This document shows, in pieces, positions 30,374 through 39,794 of a stretch of DNA of 64,000 bases. Position numbers and translations under genes: made by a program. Under the pieces are notes generated by a model, which saw only the letters and a list, made by a program, of their open reading frames with translations, made no database searches and had not been told where the DNA came from. Each line of letters begins with the position of its first letter. Position 1 is the first letter of the stretch. The stretch is from the IMG/VR virus record IMGVR_UViG_3300034105_001195, positions 19,354 to 83,353 of that record; one strand, written 5' to 3'. The DNA comes from a virus.

Positions 30374-32928
30374 GATCCTGATACCGTCCATCCCTTTGCT
30401 GTGGCAATAGATGGGGTATCATCTACTGTTCCATGGTTTGTTGTTACAGTTAATGTTTGTGCTCCAGCAGCCGTTCCTAAAGATGTATAAAGAGCATCTA
30501 ATGCGGCTCCATTAAGTCTCATGCCTGCTATAGATACAGCGTATTTTAGTCCCGTCAGAATTATTGAAGTAACATTTGTAAACGAAGTTGATGAAAATGG
30601 TGGTGAACCAGGTGCTGCTACTAGTCCAGAGCAGTTAACATTTATAGTTTTTATAGCTCTAGTTGATGAAGAGTTTAATCCAAAAACTGATCCGCCTGAC
30701 AAGGAAGTCAAAGATGTGCTTGAACTTAACAAGTTAGTTATACTTGTATGTGCAGAGTTAGAAATTGTTAAACTTTTTAAACTAAAAGTATATGCTGCAA
30801 AACTTTGGAACCCAGTTGATACAACTGAAGCAGTATTAAATAAGGGAATAGATTCTAGAGAAACACAACTATCAAACATAGTAGACATAGTTGTAACAGA
30901 AGCAGTATTGAATAAAGGCACAGACTTTAAAGAAAAACAATCAGAAAACATGCTAGACATAGTTGTAACAGAAGCAGTATTGAATAAAGGCACAGACTTT
31001 AAAGACAAACAATAAAAAAACATGCTAGACATACTTGTAACAGAAGCAGTATTAAACAAAGGAACAGACTTTAAAGATGCACAACCAGAAAACATGCCAG
31101 ACATATTTGTAACAGAAGCAGTATTAAACAAAGGAACAGATTCTAAGGCTCTACAATAACTAAACATGCTAGACATATTTGTAACAGAAGAAGTATTAAA
31201 TAAAGGCACAAAATTTAAAGAATAACAACCCTCAAACATATTACTCATATTTGTAACAGAAGAAGTATTAAATAAGGGTACAGACTTTAAGGAATAACAA
31301 CTATAAAACATAGTAGACATACTTGTAACAGAAGAAGTAACAAATAAAGGAACAGATTCTAGAGAAACACAACCATCAAACATGCTAGACATATTTGTAA
31401 CAGAAGAAGTATTAAATAAAGGCACAGACTTTAAGGAAGAGCAACCATTAAACATACTAGATGTATTTGAAAGCATTGGAGTATTAAATAAAGGTACAGA
31501 CTTTAAAGAAGAACAACTATCAAACATGGCAGACATAGTTGTAACAGAAGAAGTATTAAATAAGGGAACAGACTTTAAGGAAGAGCAATTAGCAAACATG
31601 TTAGACATAGTTGTAACAGAGGAAGTATTGAATAAAGGAACAGATTCTAGAGAAACACAACCATCAAACATGCTAGACATACTTGTAACAGAAGAAGTAA
31701 CAAATAAAGGAACAGATTCTAAAGAGATACAGGTATCAAACATACTAGATGTATTTGTAATCGTAGAATTACTATTTACTGTAAAGTTTTTTAATTGCAA
31801 ACAATATGCAAATAAACTTGCATAAGATGTTAAATTACTAGATACAATATTTACTCTTTGTAGATAGCCCATAATAAAAGTTGGAGAAGTTGAACCAGTT
31901 AGTTTAATTGTTGTAAGATTTGTTCCAGCAATTGCTATATCTAGCCAAGGAATTTGTGCGGAAGTACCAAGGCTTGTTCTTGTAAATGTTTGCTGTAGAT
32001 CAATCATTGTTAAATTTTGTCCTGCTTGTGGTGTTACCGTAACAAGAACTTGTTTAAATCCGTCAGATGTTACAGTTGATGAGATTGATGAATAGGTGTA
32101 TTGATGAGAGGCTTTTGTATTTGATGTAAAGTTTTCTGTTACTCCATCCCCCCAATCAACTGTATAGTTTCCTTGTGCTAATAATGCAACATAGTTTGAG
32201 TTATCATTAGATATCCCTAGAAGTCCCACAAATTTTTGTTCATTTGAGGCTGGAGCAGTTAGTGTAATCCAGTCTGCTGGTCTTGTCCATCCAAGGTTTG
32301 TTCCTGCTGCATTTACTGCATCTTGAAGAATATGAGAATTAGATTTAGTAGGTCTTGCAACTCCAGGATTTTCAACAACTATTGAGTATGGAGAATGCTC
32401 TGTTGGAAGAGTATCTGGAGAAGTTATTGTTAATGATGTAGCAGAATTTCGTGTTACTGAGTCTGCTGCTCTTTCTACCCCATCTATTCCCTTAAAATAA
32501 ACCGCTACATCTGATGCAAAGTTTGATCCTATGATATATGATTCTGTGTTTACAGTATTTACAAAAGAAGGGCTTATGGAAGAAATAGTGGCTGCAGCGG
32601 TAATCTCGCTAGATGTGGCGGTAGAAACAAAGCCTGATTGATTATATAGGAATGAAATTAAATCTGTTGCTGTCCCACCCAATATTACTACTTTATTAAA
32701 TTCTCCTGTGGTTGTTAAAGTAAGTCCGCTTGATGTTCCAACTAAATCTCCTGCTGAATTATATGCATATACATCTACAGATGAATCGGCAAGACTTGAT
32801 AGCAAAGAGTACTTACCAGAAGGATAATTTGAAGATAGGGTAGTTGTTGTAACATTATCAATTGTGTTTATAGAGAAGTTATTGGCAGAGGATGACCCTC
32901 CTAGTAAAGACGTTCTAATATCGCTCAT
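30370..32928 (-). CDS. BspA/DUF285-like leucine-rich-repeat virion protein
   Basis: 13 tandem 24-aa repeats TxMSxMFxxCxSLxSVPLFNTxSV; YTVDWGDG (PKD-like) motif; C-terminal IATAKGWTV. Confidence 0.85.
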   Translation of the reverse strand: MSDIRTSLLGGSSSANNFSINTIDNVTTTTLSSNYPSGKYSLLSSLADSSVDVYAYNSAGDLVGTSSGLTLTTTGEFNKVVILGGTATDLISFLYNQSGFVSTATSSEITAAATISSISPSFVNTVNTESYIIGSNFASDVAVYFKGIDGVERAADSVTRNSATSLTITSPDTLPTEHSPYSIVVENPGVARPTKSNSHILQDAVNAAGTNLGWTRPADWITLTAPASNEQKFVGLLGISNDNSNYVALLAQGNYTVDWGDGVTENFTSNTKASHQYTYSSISSTVTSDGFKQVLVTVTPQAGQNLTMIDLQQTFTRTSLGTSAQIPWLDIAIAGTNLTTIKLTGSTSPTFIMGYLQRVNIVSSNLTSYASLFAYCLQLKNFTVNSNSTITNTSSMFDTCISLESVPLFVTSSVTSMSSMFDGCVSLESVPLFNTSSVTTMSNMFANCSSLKSVPLFNTSSVTTMSAMFDSCSSLKSVPLFNTPMLSNTSSMFNGCSSLKSVPLFNTSSVTNMSSMFDGCVSLESVPLFVTSSVTSMSTMFYSCYSLKSVPLFNTSSVTNMSNMFEGCYSLNFVPLFNTSSVTNMSSMFSYCRALESVPLFNTASVTNMSGMFSGCASLKSVPLFNTASVTSMSSMFFYCLSLKSVPLFNTASVTTMSSMFSDCFSLKSVPLFNTASVTTMSTMFDSCVSLESIPLFNTASVVSTGFQSFAAYTFSLKSLTISNSAHTSITNLLSSSTSLTSLSGGSVFGLNSSSTRAIKTINVNCSGLVAAPGSPPFSSTSFTNVTSIILTGLKYAVSIAGMRLNGAALDALYTSLGTAAGAQTLTVTTNHGTVDDTPSIATAKGWTVSGS
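30822..31757. repeat. 72-bp tandem repeat, ~13 copies
   Basis: Period of 72 nt visible directly (e.g. CATG..AGACAT at 31021, 31093, 31381). Confidence 0.9.
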
Positions 32929-34811
32929 TATCCAACCTTCCATCCATAAGTAGTTCCAGTATAAAGTAATGTATACCAGCCACCATTATTGTCAATTATT
33001 AAATTTCCAGTCCCGCCGTTTATCTTATTGCCATTTCTGGCCACAGTTATATTATACGTCGAAGCGTTCCCTGAAGCATCTACGATCTGAATCTCATCAT
33101 TTAGCGCTGGAGACGCTGGAAGCGTCAATGTTAGCGCTGATGCCGATGTAACAAAATATCTTTTCTTTGCTACTAATGTAGTATTTGCTGAAATTGAAAG
33201 TGGGGCAACTGAGGTATTTGCAGCTAGTAGAGCATTTACTTCTGCCTGTGTATATGTGTCTACTGAGTTAGCTCCAGTTACTGAGACTATTTCGATTATA
33301 TCTGATGCCGCCGCCGCAGATGTTAAAGTTACTGTATTGCTGTTCGATGTTGTATAGTCTGTAGTCTTAACAAGAAGAAGACCGTTCATAAAGATCTGCT
33401 CAAACCCATCAATAAATGGGAGGTCGGCAGTAAATACTGTTTGCCCTGCTGTTGCAGTAATTGCCTTACGGCGAATAATATTAGAATCAAATGTAGTTAC
33501 ATCTTCATCTGAGTCAATCCAAATCTGACCAATCTCTGGAGATGTTGGGGCGGTTGTTTGATATAGAGCACCTGGTTGAACATTTGCATCAATTTCAGAC
33601 TGAACAAATGCTGTAGTTGCAACCTGTGTCGTATTTGTTCCAGATGTTGGAGTAATTGTAAACATAGCTCCAGATGCATCAATTTTGGCTATTGCTGTTC
33701 CAGTAGAGTTCTGCCATTGCTGAAGGTCTGCCGTTTGTAAAGATACTCCACGAACAACAACTGGGATTACAGATGGGTTAAATGTAGTTGCGTTAAGATA
33801 TCCTAAAGTTCCCGTGGTCATCTTTCCACCTGAATATGCTGTAGAAATCACACCTTCAGTTGCGGTTAATCCTCCAGATGAATTAAAAAATGTTACGGCG
33901 GTTCCACTTGAATTCTGAAATTCAAGTAGGTTAGCAGTTTGTGATGCTGCGGCTCGTATGACTGCACCTATAGTTGAAGCGGCTGGATTTACCACAGTAA
34001 GTGTTCCTAAAGTGGTTGAAATAGCTCCAGCGGTTATTGATACCGATGAATATATGCGTCCAGTTCCAGTTACTTGTGCTAGCACAGATGAAGTGTTACT
34101 TTGCCATTGTGTTAATGCCGAGCCTGAATTTTGTCCTACAGCGCCTTTAATTATAAGACCAGCATTACTGGAGGCACCAGTATTAATCTGTTGAGGTCCA
34201 ACTGTAAAAGTGTTAGCAGATGTTAGAGAAGCTTTATCAGACAAAGCAGTTGTAATTCCTGCAGCATATGATGCATCATCATTAATTGCCGCAGCTAATT
34301 CATTTAGAGTATCTAGGGCTGCTGGAGCGCCATCTATTAAATTGCCTAATTGAGCCAGAGGGATACGAGAATTTTCATCAAGTGTTGCAATTCCATCTGG
34401 CTGTCCAACTTCTGAAATTGGAACATATGTTTCGTCTGATGTATTACCTAAATTTGATACTGCTGTGTCAACATAAGTCTTTGTGGCAATTGTGCTATCT
34501 GTTGAAACTGTAATTGTATTTGCTATATCATCAGAGGATACTGTGATCCCGCCGCTTCCAGTTAATGCAAGAGCAATTGCGTCTCTGGCCTCTTCGTCTG
34601 TGTATGAGGCTACTGGGTTTGTCTCTAATTGCTTTACTCTATAATCAAGGCTTGTTGTGACCGCCGAATTATTAACGCCGACCTTTTCTTCAAGTTTTTC
34701 AATGGCATCATTTAGGTTCGCATGCTGAGAAGCATGAGAAGGATTGTTTACTGGGTCGGAACCTGCGGGATTTGTAAGGTTATCCAACGAGGTAGGGAAA
34801 TTAGTAGCCAT
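32928..34811 (-). CDS. Modular fibre protein
   Basis: MATNFPTSLD...HANLNDAI N-terminus; APAALDTLNELAAAI module; QVATTAFV; repeated QTA.L..WQNS. Confidence 0.75.
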   Translation of the reverse strand: MATNFPTSLDNLTNPAGSDPVNNPSHASQHANLNDAIEKLEEKVGVNNSAVTTSLDYRVKQLETNPVASYTDEEARDAIALALTGSGGITVSSDDIANTITVSTDSTIATKTYVDTAVSNLGNTSDETYVPISEVGQPDGIATLDENSRIPLAQLGNLIDGAPAALDTLNELAAAINDDASYAAGITTALSDKASLTSANTFTVGPQQINTGASSNAGLIIKGAVGQNSGSALTQWQSNTSSVLAQVTGTGRIYSSVSITAGAISTTLGTLTVVNPAASTIGAVIRAAASQTANLLEFQNSSGTAVTFFNSSGGLTATEGVISTAYSGGKMTTGTLGYLNATTFNPSVIPVVVRGVSLQTADLQQWQNSTGTAIAKIDASGAMFTITPTSGTNTTQVATTAFVQSEIDANVQPGALYQTTAPTSPEIGQIWIDSDEDVTTFDSNIIRRKAITATAGQTVFTADLPFIDGFEQIFMNGLLLVKTTDYTTSNSNTVTLTSAAAASDIIEIVSVTGANSVDTYTQAEVNALLAANTSVAPLSISANTTLVAKKRYFVTSASALTLTLPASPALNDEIQIVDASGNASTYNITVARNGNKINGGTGNLIIDNNGGWYTLLYTGTTYGWKVG

Positions 34812-34900
34812 ATCTCTCCTATTATACCCCAAATGGGTTCCTGAATTAGTTACTCTTCCCTTAGTATATCACTAGACAGCTTAGTGGCAGGATCTAATTA

Positions 34901-35197
34901 CTACTGTAGTACAAAACCAAAATGCTTTAGTAAGAAGGTAGCTGCTAGGGCTGACCAGATTAGATTAAACCAAATTAGGGTAGGTAAAGTTTTAACTGTA
35001 GATGACCAGATTAAAGCAAGGCTGGTAACTAAAGCAATAATGTAGACCCACCAGATGCTAACTCCAAAAAGGAGGCCTGGGATAATGATTAAGGCCTTTG
35101 TAATAAAAGCAAAAAACTCAACAGTATTAGGAAGATTCCAATACTTCCTGTGTCTCATTGTTCCTAGGGCGTACAACCATTCTTTTCTAAATGTCAT
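34901..35197 (-). CDS. Small membrane protein
   Basis: 98 aa with about three hydrophobic segments; coupled to the halogenase gene. Confidence 0.7.
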   Translation of the reverse strand: MTFRKEWLYALGTMRHRKYWNLPNTVEFFAFITKALIIIPGLLFGVSIWWVYIIALVTSLALIWSSTVKTLPTLIWFNLIWSALAATFLLKHFGFVLQ

Positions 35198-36783
35198 TAT
35201 GCTTCATCCTTGTGATAGTTTTCTTTTAAGAACTGATAATGAGATGGGGCATTTTTAATTGCTTCATTCCACTTAAATTTAGAGTAGTCTGTAGCCAACT
35301 TAAATCTTTCTGCAACTAACTTATAATCAGAATCTGGATAATGGTACTTCCAGAAATTAATGCTAATATTGCTAATTGGATACCACTCGTTACCAACTGC
35401 AATACAGTGGAATCCATTATTTACACTTATCTCATATGCCTGACTAAGAAGCTTGCCGTCCATCTCTCTTACCCATTGATGAGCCGTCTCTCTTGTAATT
35501 TCTGGATTTACAACATCTCTAGATGTCATATACTTCCAAAAATCTGTGTCATCTCTTTTGCTAAGGACATAGTGTAATTGCAAGAAAGCAGAGAAAGTAT
35601 TAAAATGCTTTTTTACAGTAAAATTATATGTCTCTTGATCAAATTTTGTTATGTGACCTCTAGACAAACTCCGTACTAAATTGCTAGCATTTTCATGAAT
35701 AAAATAAAGACCATTGCTTTCTAGTGGCTCAAGGAATGCAGATGAGAGTCCAATAGCAACAACATTTTTGTTCCATGGCTTAGAAATGATACCCGATCTA
35801 AAATGAATGTCTCTGAATACTAAATCATCTGTAATTCTATGTGCGCCTTTTACCTTTCTTAGGTGCTCTTTAAACTCTTCTAGTGCTTCTTCTGGTGTTG
35901 TAAATCTATCTGAATAAACGTATCCTGTTCCTATTCTTGAATAAAGAGGAGCATTCCAAACCCAACCGTTTCCAAGGGCTGTAGACTCAGTGTAGTTTAC
36001 AACTTCTTCTTCAGGATTTTCATATGGAAGCTGAATAGCCCATGTTCTATTTACTGGTAAATATTCTGCATGTGATTCAAAAGGAGTATTAAGGGTTTCT
36101 GAAATAAGCATACCCTTAAAGCCAGTACAGTCTATATAAAGATCTCCAGAGACCACCTCTCCATCTTCTAGTGTGAGAGACTTAATACCATTATCATCGT
36201 GATCTATATTTGTTATTGTAGACTCTATATGCTTTACACCTCTAGGCTTGGCGTACTTGTCTTTAAGCCATTCCGCAAATTTAATTGCGTCAAATTGCAA
36301 TGCATAGTCTTTATGCATTGTAAACGAATCCATTTCGTTTTCTTTTGGAAAGTACATCTTGTTTGAGTTAAGAAGAACTGACTGAGGAAAAATGCAATCT
36401 ACGTAGTCTTGTTTTTTAATTTCTGGATTAAATATTTTCATCACATGCCAGTCATTGCCATTATCTAAAGCAAAATTTCCAACGTGTGGGGATCCGAATG
36501 GATAATGATACCCGCCATCACCCTTTTCATAAAAATCAGTAAATTTAATTGATAGCTTGTACGATGCGTTAGTATAAGACATAAAGTCTTTGTGATCAAT
36601 TTCCAAGGCATGTAGCCATGCGGTAAGTCCAGCTAGAGTAGATTCTCCTACTCCTATTTTAGAAATAGAAGGGCTTTCAATTAGAGTGATATCTCTATCT
36701 GGATAGTATTTTATTAGTGTTGCTGCTGTCATCCAGCCTGCTGATCCGCCGCCTACAATTACAATTTTATCTGACTGATACAT
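35197..36783 (-). CDS. Tryptophan halogenase (PrnA-like flavin-dependent halogenase family)
   Basis: IVIVGGGSAGWMTA (FAD binding), IGVGEST, ASYKLSIKF, YIDCTGF, GWVWNAPL, FLEPLES. Confidence 0.9.
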   Translation of the reverse strand: MYQSDKIVIVGGGSAGWMTAATLIKYYPDRDITLIESPSISKIGVGESTLAGLTAWLHALEIDHKDFMSYTNASYKLSIKFTDFYEKGDGGYHYPFGSPHVGNFALDNGNDWHVMKIFNPEIKKQDYVDCIFPQSVLLNSNKMYFPKENEMDSFTMHKDYALQFDAIKFAEWLKDKYAKPRGVKHIESTITNIDHDDNGIKSLTLEDGEVVSGDLYIDCTGFKGMLISETLNTPFESHAEYLPVNRTWAIQLPYENPEEEVVNYTESTALGNGWVWNAPLYSRIGTGYVYSDRFTTPEEALEEFKEHLRKVKGAHRITDDLVFRDIHFRSGIISKPWNKNVVAIGLSSAFLEPLESNGLYFIHENASNLVRSLSRGHITKFDQETYNFTVKKHFNTFSAFLQLHYVLSKRDDTDFWKYMTSRDVVNPEITRETAHQWVREMDGKLLSQAYEISVNNGFHCIAVGNEWYPISNISINFWKYHYPDSDYKLVAERFKLATDYSKFKWNEAIKNAPSHYQFLKENYHKDEA

Positions 36784-36851
36784 CTTAACTCTATTCTTTA
36801 ATAAATAACGGAAGTTTGCCGTTAAATAAACTAAAAAGCGCCTATATGCAT

Positions 36852-36880
36852 ATTATACATTTTAGGCGCCCTTAAGTCAA
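36852..36880 (-). promoter_or_regulatory. Sigma70-type promoter for the halogenase
   Basis: Minus strand TTGACT-17 nt-TATAAT. Confidence 0.75.
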
Positions 36881-36885
36881 TGCTT

Positions 36886-37173
36886 TTATCTATTTGCCCA
36901 AACTTGAGAATCTTCATCCCATAACTTTGTAAGTGGGTCTGGATTTGGACCTACTGGAGAAACCCAGTTAAAATCTTCATCTAGTATCCAAGACTCGTAT
37001 GGCTTTGGGTCAATGAATTTGGCATTCCCAAAATCATATGTTCCTCCTACTACTGCATTTCTAGTTTGTTCAGTTACTTTAATATTATACCCAGGCATAT
37101 TAATTATTTCTGAGTCTGAACAAATAAATACATTAGAGACTAAATTATTATCAATTCTTGCGTATCTTATCAT
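36886..37173 (-). CDS. Small fibre-associated protein (paralog of 41199..41486)
   Basis: KPYESWILDEDFNWVSPVGPNP...WDE. Confidence 0.7.
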   Translation of the reverse strand: MIRYARIDNNLVSNVFICSDSEIINMPGYNIKVTEQTRNAVVGGTYDFGNAKFIDPKPYESWILDEDFNWVSPVGPNPDPLTKLWDEDSQVWANR

Positions 37174-38276
37174 GCTAAGTAATACCTCACAATCACTACA
37201 CCATTGTTTCCTGGGGAACCAATTTGTCCTGCGCTGTTAGCGTGTCCATTTGTTGTACTTTGTCCACCAGCACCAAAGAAACCATTTGTGGAAAATGGGC
37301 CAACTCCATTGTCTGGGTCTGCTCCTGCTCCACCTTGACCATAATTTTGAGCAGTTCCAGTTATTGAAGATGAGTAACCTGCTCCAGCGTTTCCGCCGCC
37401 GCCGTTTCCTCCATTTGAACCATTTCCTGCTGCTCCGCCTCCGCCGCCGCCTCTTCTATTACTTCCAGTGTCATTTGCTCCAGAACCACCTGAGTAGCCT
37501 CCAGAAAAAACGGGTGAATACAATGTTCCTAAACCTGTTGAAGATGTTTGGGTTACACCAGTAGCTCCGCCACCTCCGCCTCCAGCGCCACCTCCGCCTC
37601 CGTTACCACCAACACCAGATACGGCGGTTCTTGTGTTCCAAGAACCTCCACCACCGCCACCTAGTGCATAAACGTTACCAAAGTATGATGTTCCGCCAGC
37701 GTATCCAGAACTATTTGTTCCACTTGCAGCACCACCGCTACCAACTGTTACACCAGTTGCTCCTGCAACTGGGACTCCAGAAAGAAATATTACATTGCCG
37801 CCTCCGCCACCTCCGCCTCCGCCGTGAGTTCCTCCGTGACCTGCTCCTGCAGAGCCGCCGCCGCCAACTATTAGAACATCTGCAATTGGCATAGCTACAT
37901 TAGGTAGAATAAAATTTCCTGATGCGTTAATAATTGCTGGAACTGTTGTGAATGCAGCAAAAGGATTTGCAAACGCAGTTGTCTGTTTGACCGCCACTTT
38001 ACTTAAAGAAATATAATCTCCTGCTGGAGCAACAATATTAATGCTAGTAAATGCATGCGGAACATTAATAACTTTATTTAAGTACCCGCCAGTTGTAGCT
38101 CCAGAACTTACAAAATATACATATCCGCTACCTTTAGTGTTAGAATCAACTATATAATTGCCTGCAGCACCTGCTTGAGCCCATGATCTGTTATATGTCT
38201 CCATACGAATTGATGCAATATAATCAAATCCTGGAGTTCCTCCACCACCTGATGGTGTAAATGATTGAATTCCCAT
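37170..38276 (-). CDS. Glycine-rich fibre protein (paralog of 41483..42607)
   Basis: DVLIVGGGG...GVVIVRY glycine-rich domain. Confidence 0.75.
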   Translation of the reverse strand: MGIQSFTPSGGGGTPGFDYIASIRMETYNRSWAQAGAAGNYIVDSNTKGSGYVYFVSSGATTGGYLNKVINVPHAFTSINIVAPAGDYISLSKVAVKQTTAFANPFAAFTTVPAIINASGNFILPNVAMPIADVLIVGGGGSAGAGHGGTHGGGGGGGGGNVIFLSGVPVAGATGVTVGSGGAASGTNSSGYAGGTSYFGNVYALGGGGGGSWNTRTAVSGVGGNGGGGGAGGGGGGATGVTQTSSTGLGTLYSPVFSGGYSGGSGANDTGSNRRGGGGGGAAGNGSNGGNGGGGNAGAGYSSSITGTAQNYGQGGAGADPDNGVGPFSTNGFFGAGGQSTTNGHANSAGQIGSPGNNGVVIVRYYLA

Positions 38277-38608
38277 TATACGTCGATCTCCACTCCGTAA
38301 GCATTAAATGTTACAAGCCCTGATGATGACTGAACTGTAATAACATCATTTGTATCTAGTGTGATTCCTAGATTTAGCGCTACGCTTAGGTTTGATCCAA
38401 CTTGTACATCATATGCAATGTAGTGATCTGTTGTTAATGTTGCGCCATCTGGGCGAACTGAAATCCGATATGTAGCAGAGTTAGCATCTCTATTAGCAAC
38501 TGTAATACAATTGATAATGGCCTGCTTTGATCCGCTTACTGTATATAAATTAAAATCTGTTGTTGCTGCTGGTGACTTTTGTCCCAGAATCTTGTATACC
38601 ATTGCCAT
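38276..38608 (-). CDS. Small virion protein (paralog of 42607..42942)
   Basis: YKILGQ.SP...LYTV...FNAYGVE. Confidence 0.7.
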   Translation of the reverse strand: MAMVYKILGQKSPAATTDFNLYTVSGSKQAIINCITVANRDANSATYRISVRPDGATLTTDHYIAYDVQVGSNLSVALNLGITLDTNDVITVQSSSGLVTFNAYGVEIDV

Positions 38609-38612
38609 ATTT

Positions 38613-38978
38613 TTATACCCCTACCATAAAGAATGAGTGTAATGATGCTCCTGCACCGCTTACCTGATTTATTGCTGAAATTCTTGCTGTACTGATATCA
38701 GCTAAAGCAGTTGCTCTATCTAATCCAATGTCTGCTAGTGATGCTACTCTTGCTGTTTCTAGAGATGCCGCCGATGTAGATCTTTTTGTTTCTAGTTCCG
38801 TAATTTTAGCTGCAGTTGCGGCGACAATATCATCGACACCTAACATATTTGCTAGCTCGGTCATAGCTTTAGCAAGATAAATCATATCTTGTGTTGTTGT
38901 TGCAGAGTTCGTCATTGAAGTCATCTTCGTCTTCATTGCGTTGATCTGAGTTGCTAGGCTATCATAAACTACGGTCAT
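38613..38978 (-). CDS. Helical virion protein (paralog of 42944..43312)
   Basis: Y.SLAT.I...QD..YLA...MLGV.DIV.ATA. Confidence 0.7.
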   Translation of the reverse strand: MTVVYDSLATQINAMKTKMTSMTNSATTTQDMIYLAKAMTELANMLGVDDIVAATAAKITELETKRSTSAASLETARVASLADIGLDRATALADISTARISAINQVSGAGASLHSFFMVGV

Positions 38979-39014
38979 TTGTTATCTCCTTGATAAAGTA
39001 TATCATATGTTCTT

Positions 39015-39584
39015 TTATATTCCTAGGTCCAATTCTAGGCTTACTATACGGGCATCAAAGCTGGCTACCTGAGAAGATAATGTTCCTAAAGAGTTTGTAA
39101 CTGTTGTAGAAAAATTAGCATCATCTCCTAGAGCCGCCGCCAACTCATTTAAAGTATTTAAAGCTGTTGGGGCTGAGTCAACTAAATTAGCAAGCTGAGA
39201 TAGAGGGACAAGGCCATTTGCGTCAAGTGTCGCTAGTCCGTCTGGATTGCCTACCAGGGTGTCTGGCACGTATGTCTGAGCGGCGGTAGAAGCAAGACCA
39301 CTAACTGCTGTATCTACATATGTCTTTGTTGCAAGAGCAGTAGTATCGGCAATTCCATGAATATTTGTAGTGGCATTATTATGTGTTGTAATTGCTGAAG
39401 TTAAATCAGTTGCTAGAACGTTTGCAAATACTAGAGCAGAAAATGTTGCTACGCCATTACCTATCTTAAACTTATTAAGAGTTGTATCAATGCCAATTTC
39501 ACCAGCTTGTAAGACTGGATTATATAGAGCCCAATTTGCCGTGGTGTCTCTGCGAAGTCTAAATGTTACATTTGTAGTTGTCAT
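39015..39584 (-). CDS. Fibre protein with an Mtd-N/hyaluronidase-N-like domain
   Basis: RLRRDTTANW...NPVLQAGEIGIDTTLNKFKIGNG; APTALNTLNELAAAL module. Confidence 0.75.
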   Translation of the reverse strand: MTTTNVTFRLRRDTTANWALYNPVLQAGEIGIDTTLNKFKIGNGVATFSALVFANVLATDLTSAITTHNNATTNIHGIADTTALATKTYVDTAVSGLASTAAQTYVPDTLVGNPDGLATLDANGLVPLSQLANLVDSAPTALNTLNELAAALGDDANFSTTVTNSLGTLSSQVASFDARIVSLELDLGI

Positions 39585-39787
39585 GCGGGATTAGCGTCTC
39601 CTCCATCATAACTTACTCCAGCTGCCGCTCCAGTTGAAACTACCGCACCATCATATGAATGAAGGTGATCAAATACTACTGCTGGATCTGTAAACAATGC
39701 CCATTTAGCACCATCCCATTTCCAACGAATTCCGTTGCTTGTGAATGTTTGATTTAATGTTGGGCTTAGGGGGAATATGGTAGCCAT
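39581..39787 (-). CDS. Small fibre module protein
   Basis: FPLSPTLNQTFT...WKWDGAKW, shared with the N-termini of two collagen fibres. Confidence 0.65.
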   Translation of the reverse strand: MATIFPLSPTLNQTFTSNGIRWKWDGAKWALFTDPAVVFDHLHSYDGAVVSTGAAAGVSYDGGDANPA

Positions 39788-39794
39788 ATTAGTA

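Noticed and set aside
30370-32928. Diversity-generating retroelement acting on the LRR or fibre genes
   Set aside because: No reverse transcriptase in the window, and I saw no template/variable repeat pair with adenine-specific differences.
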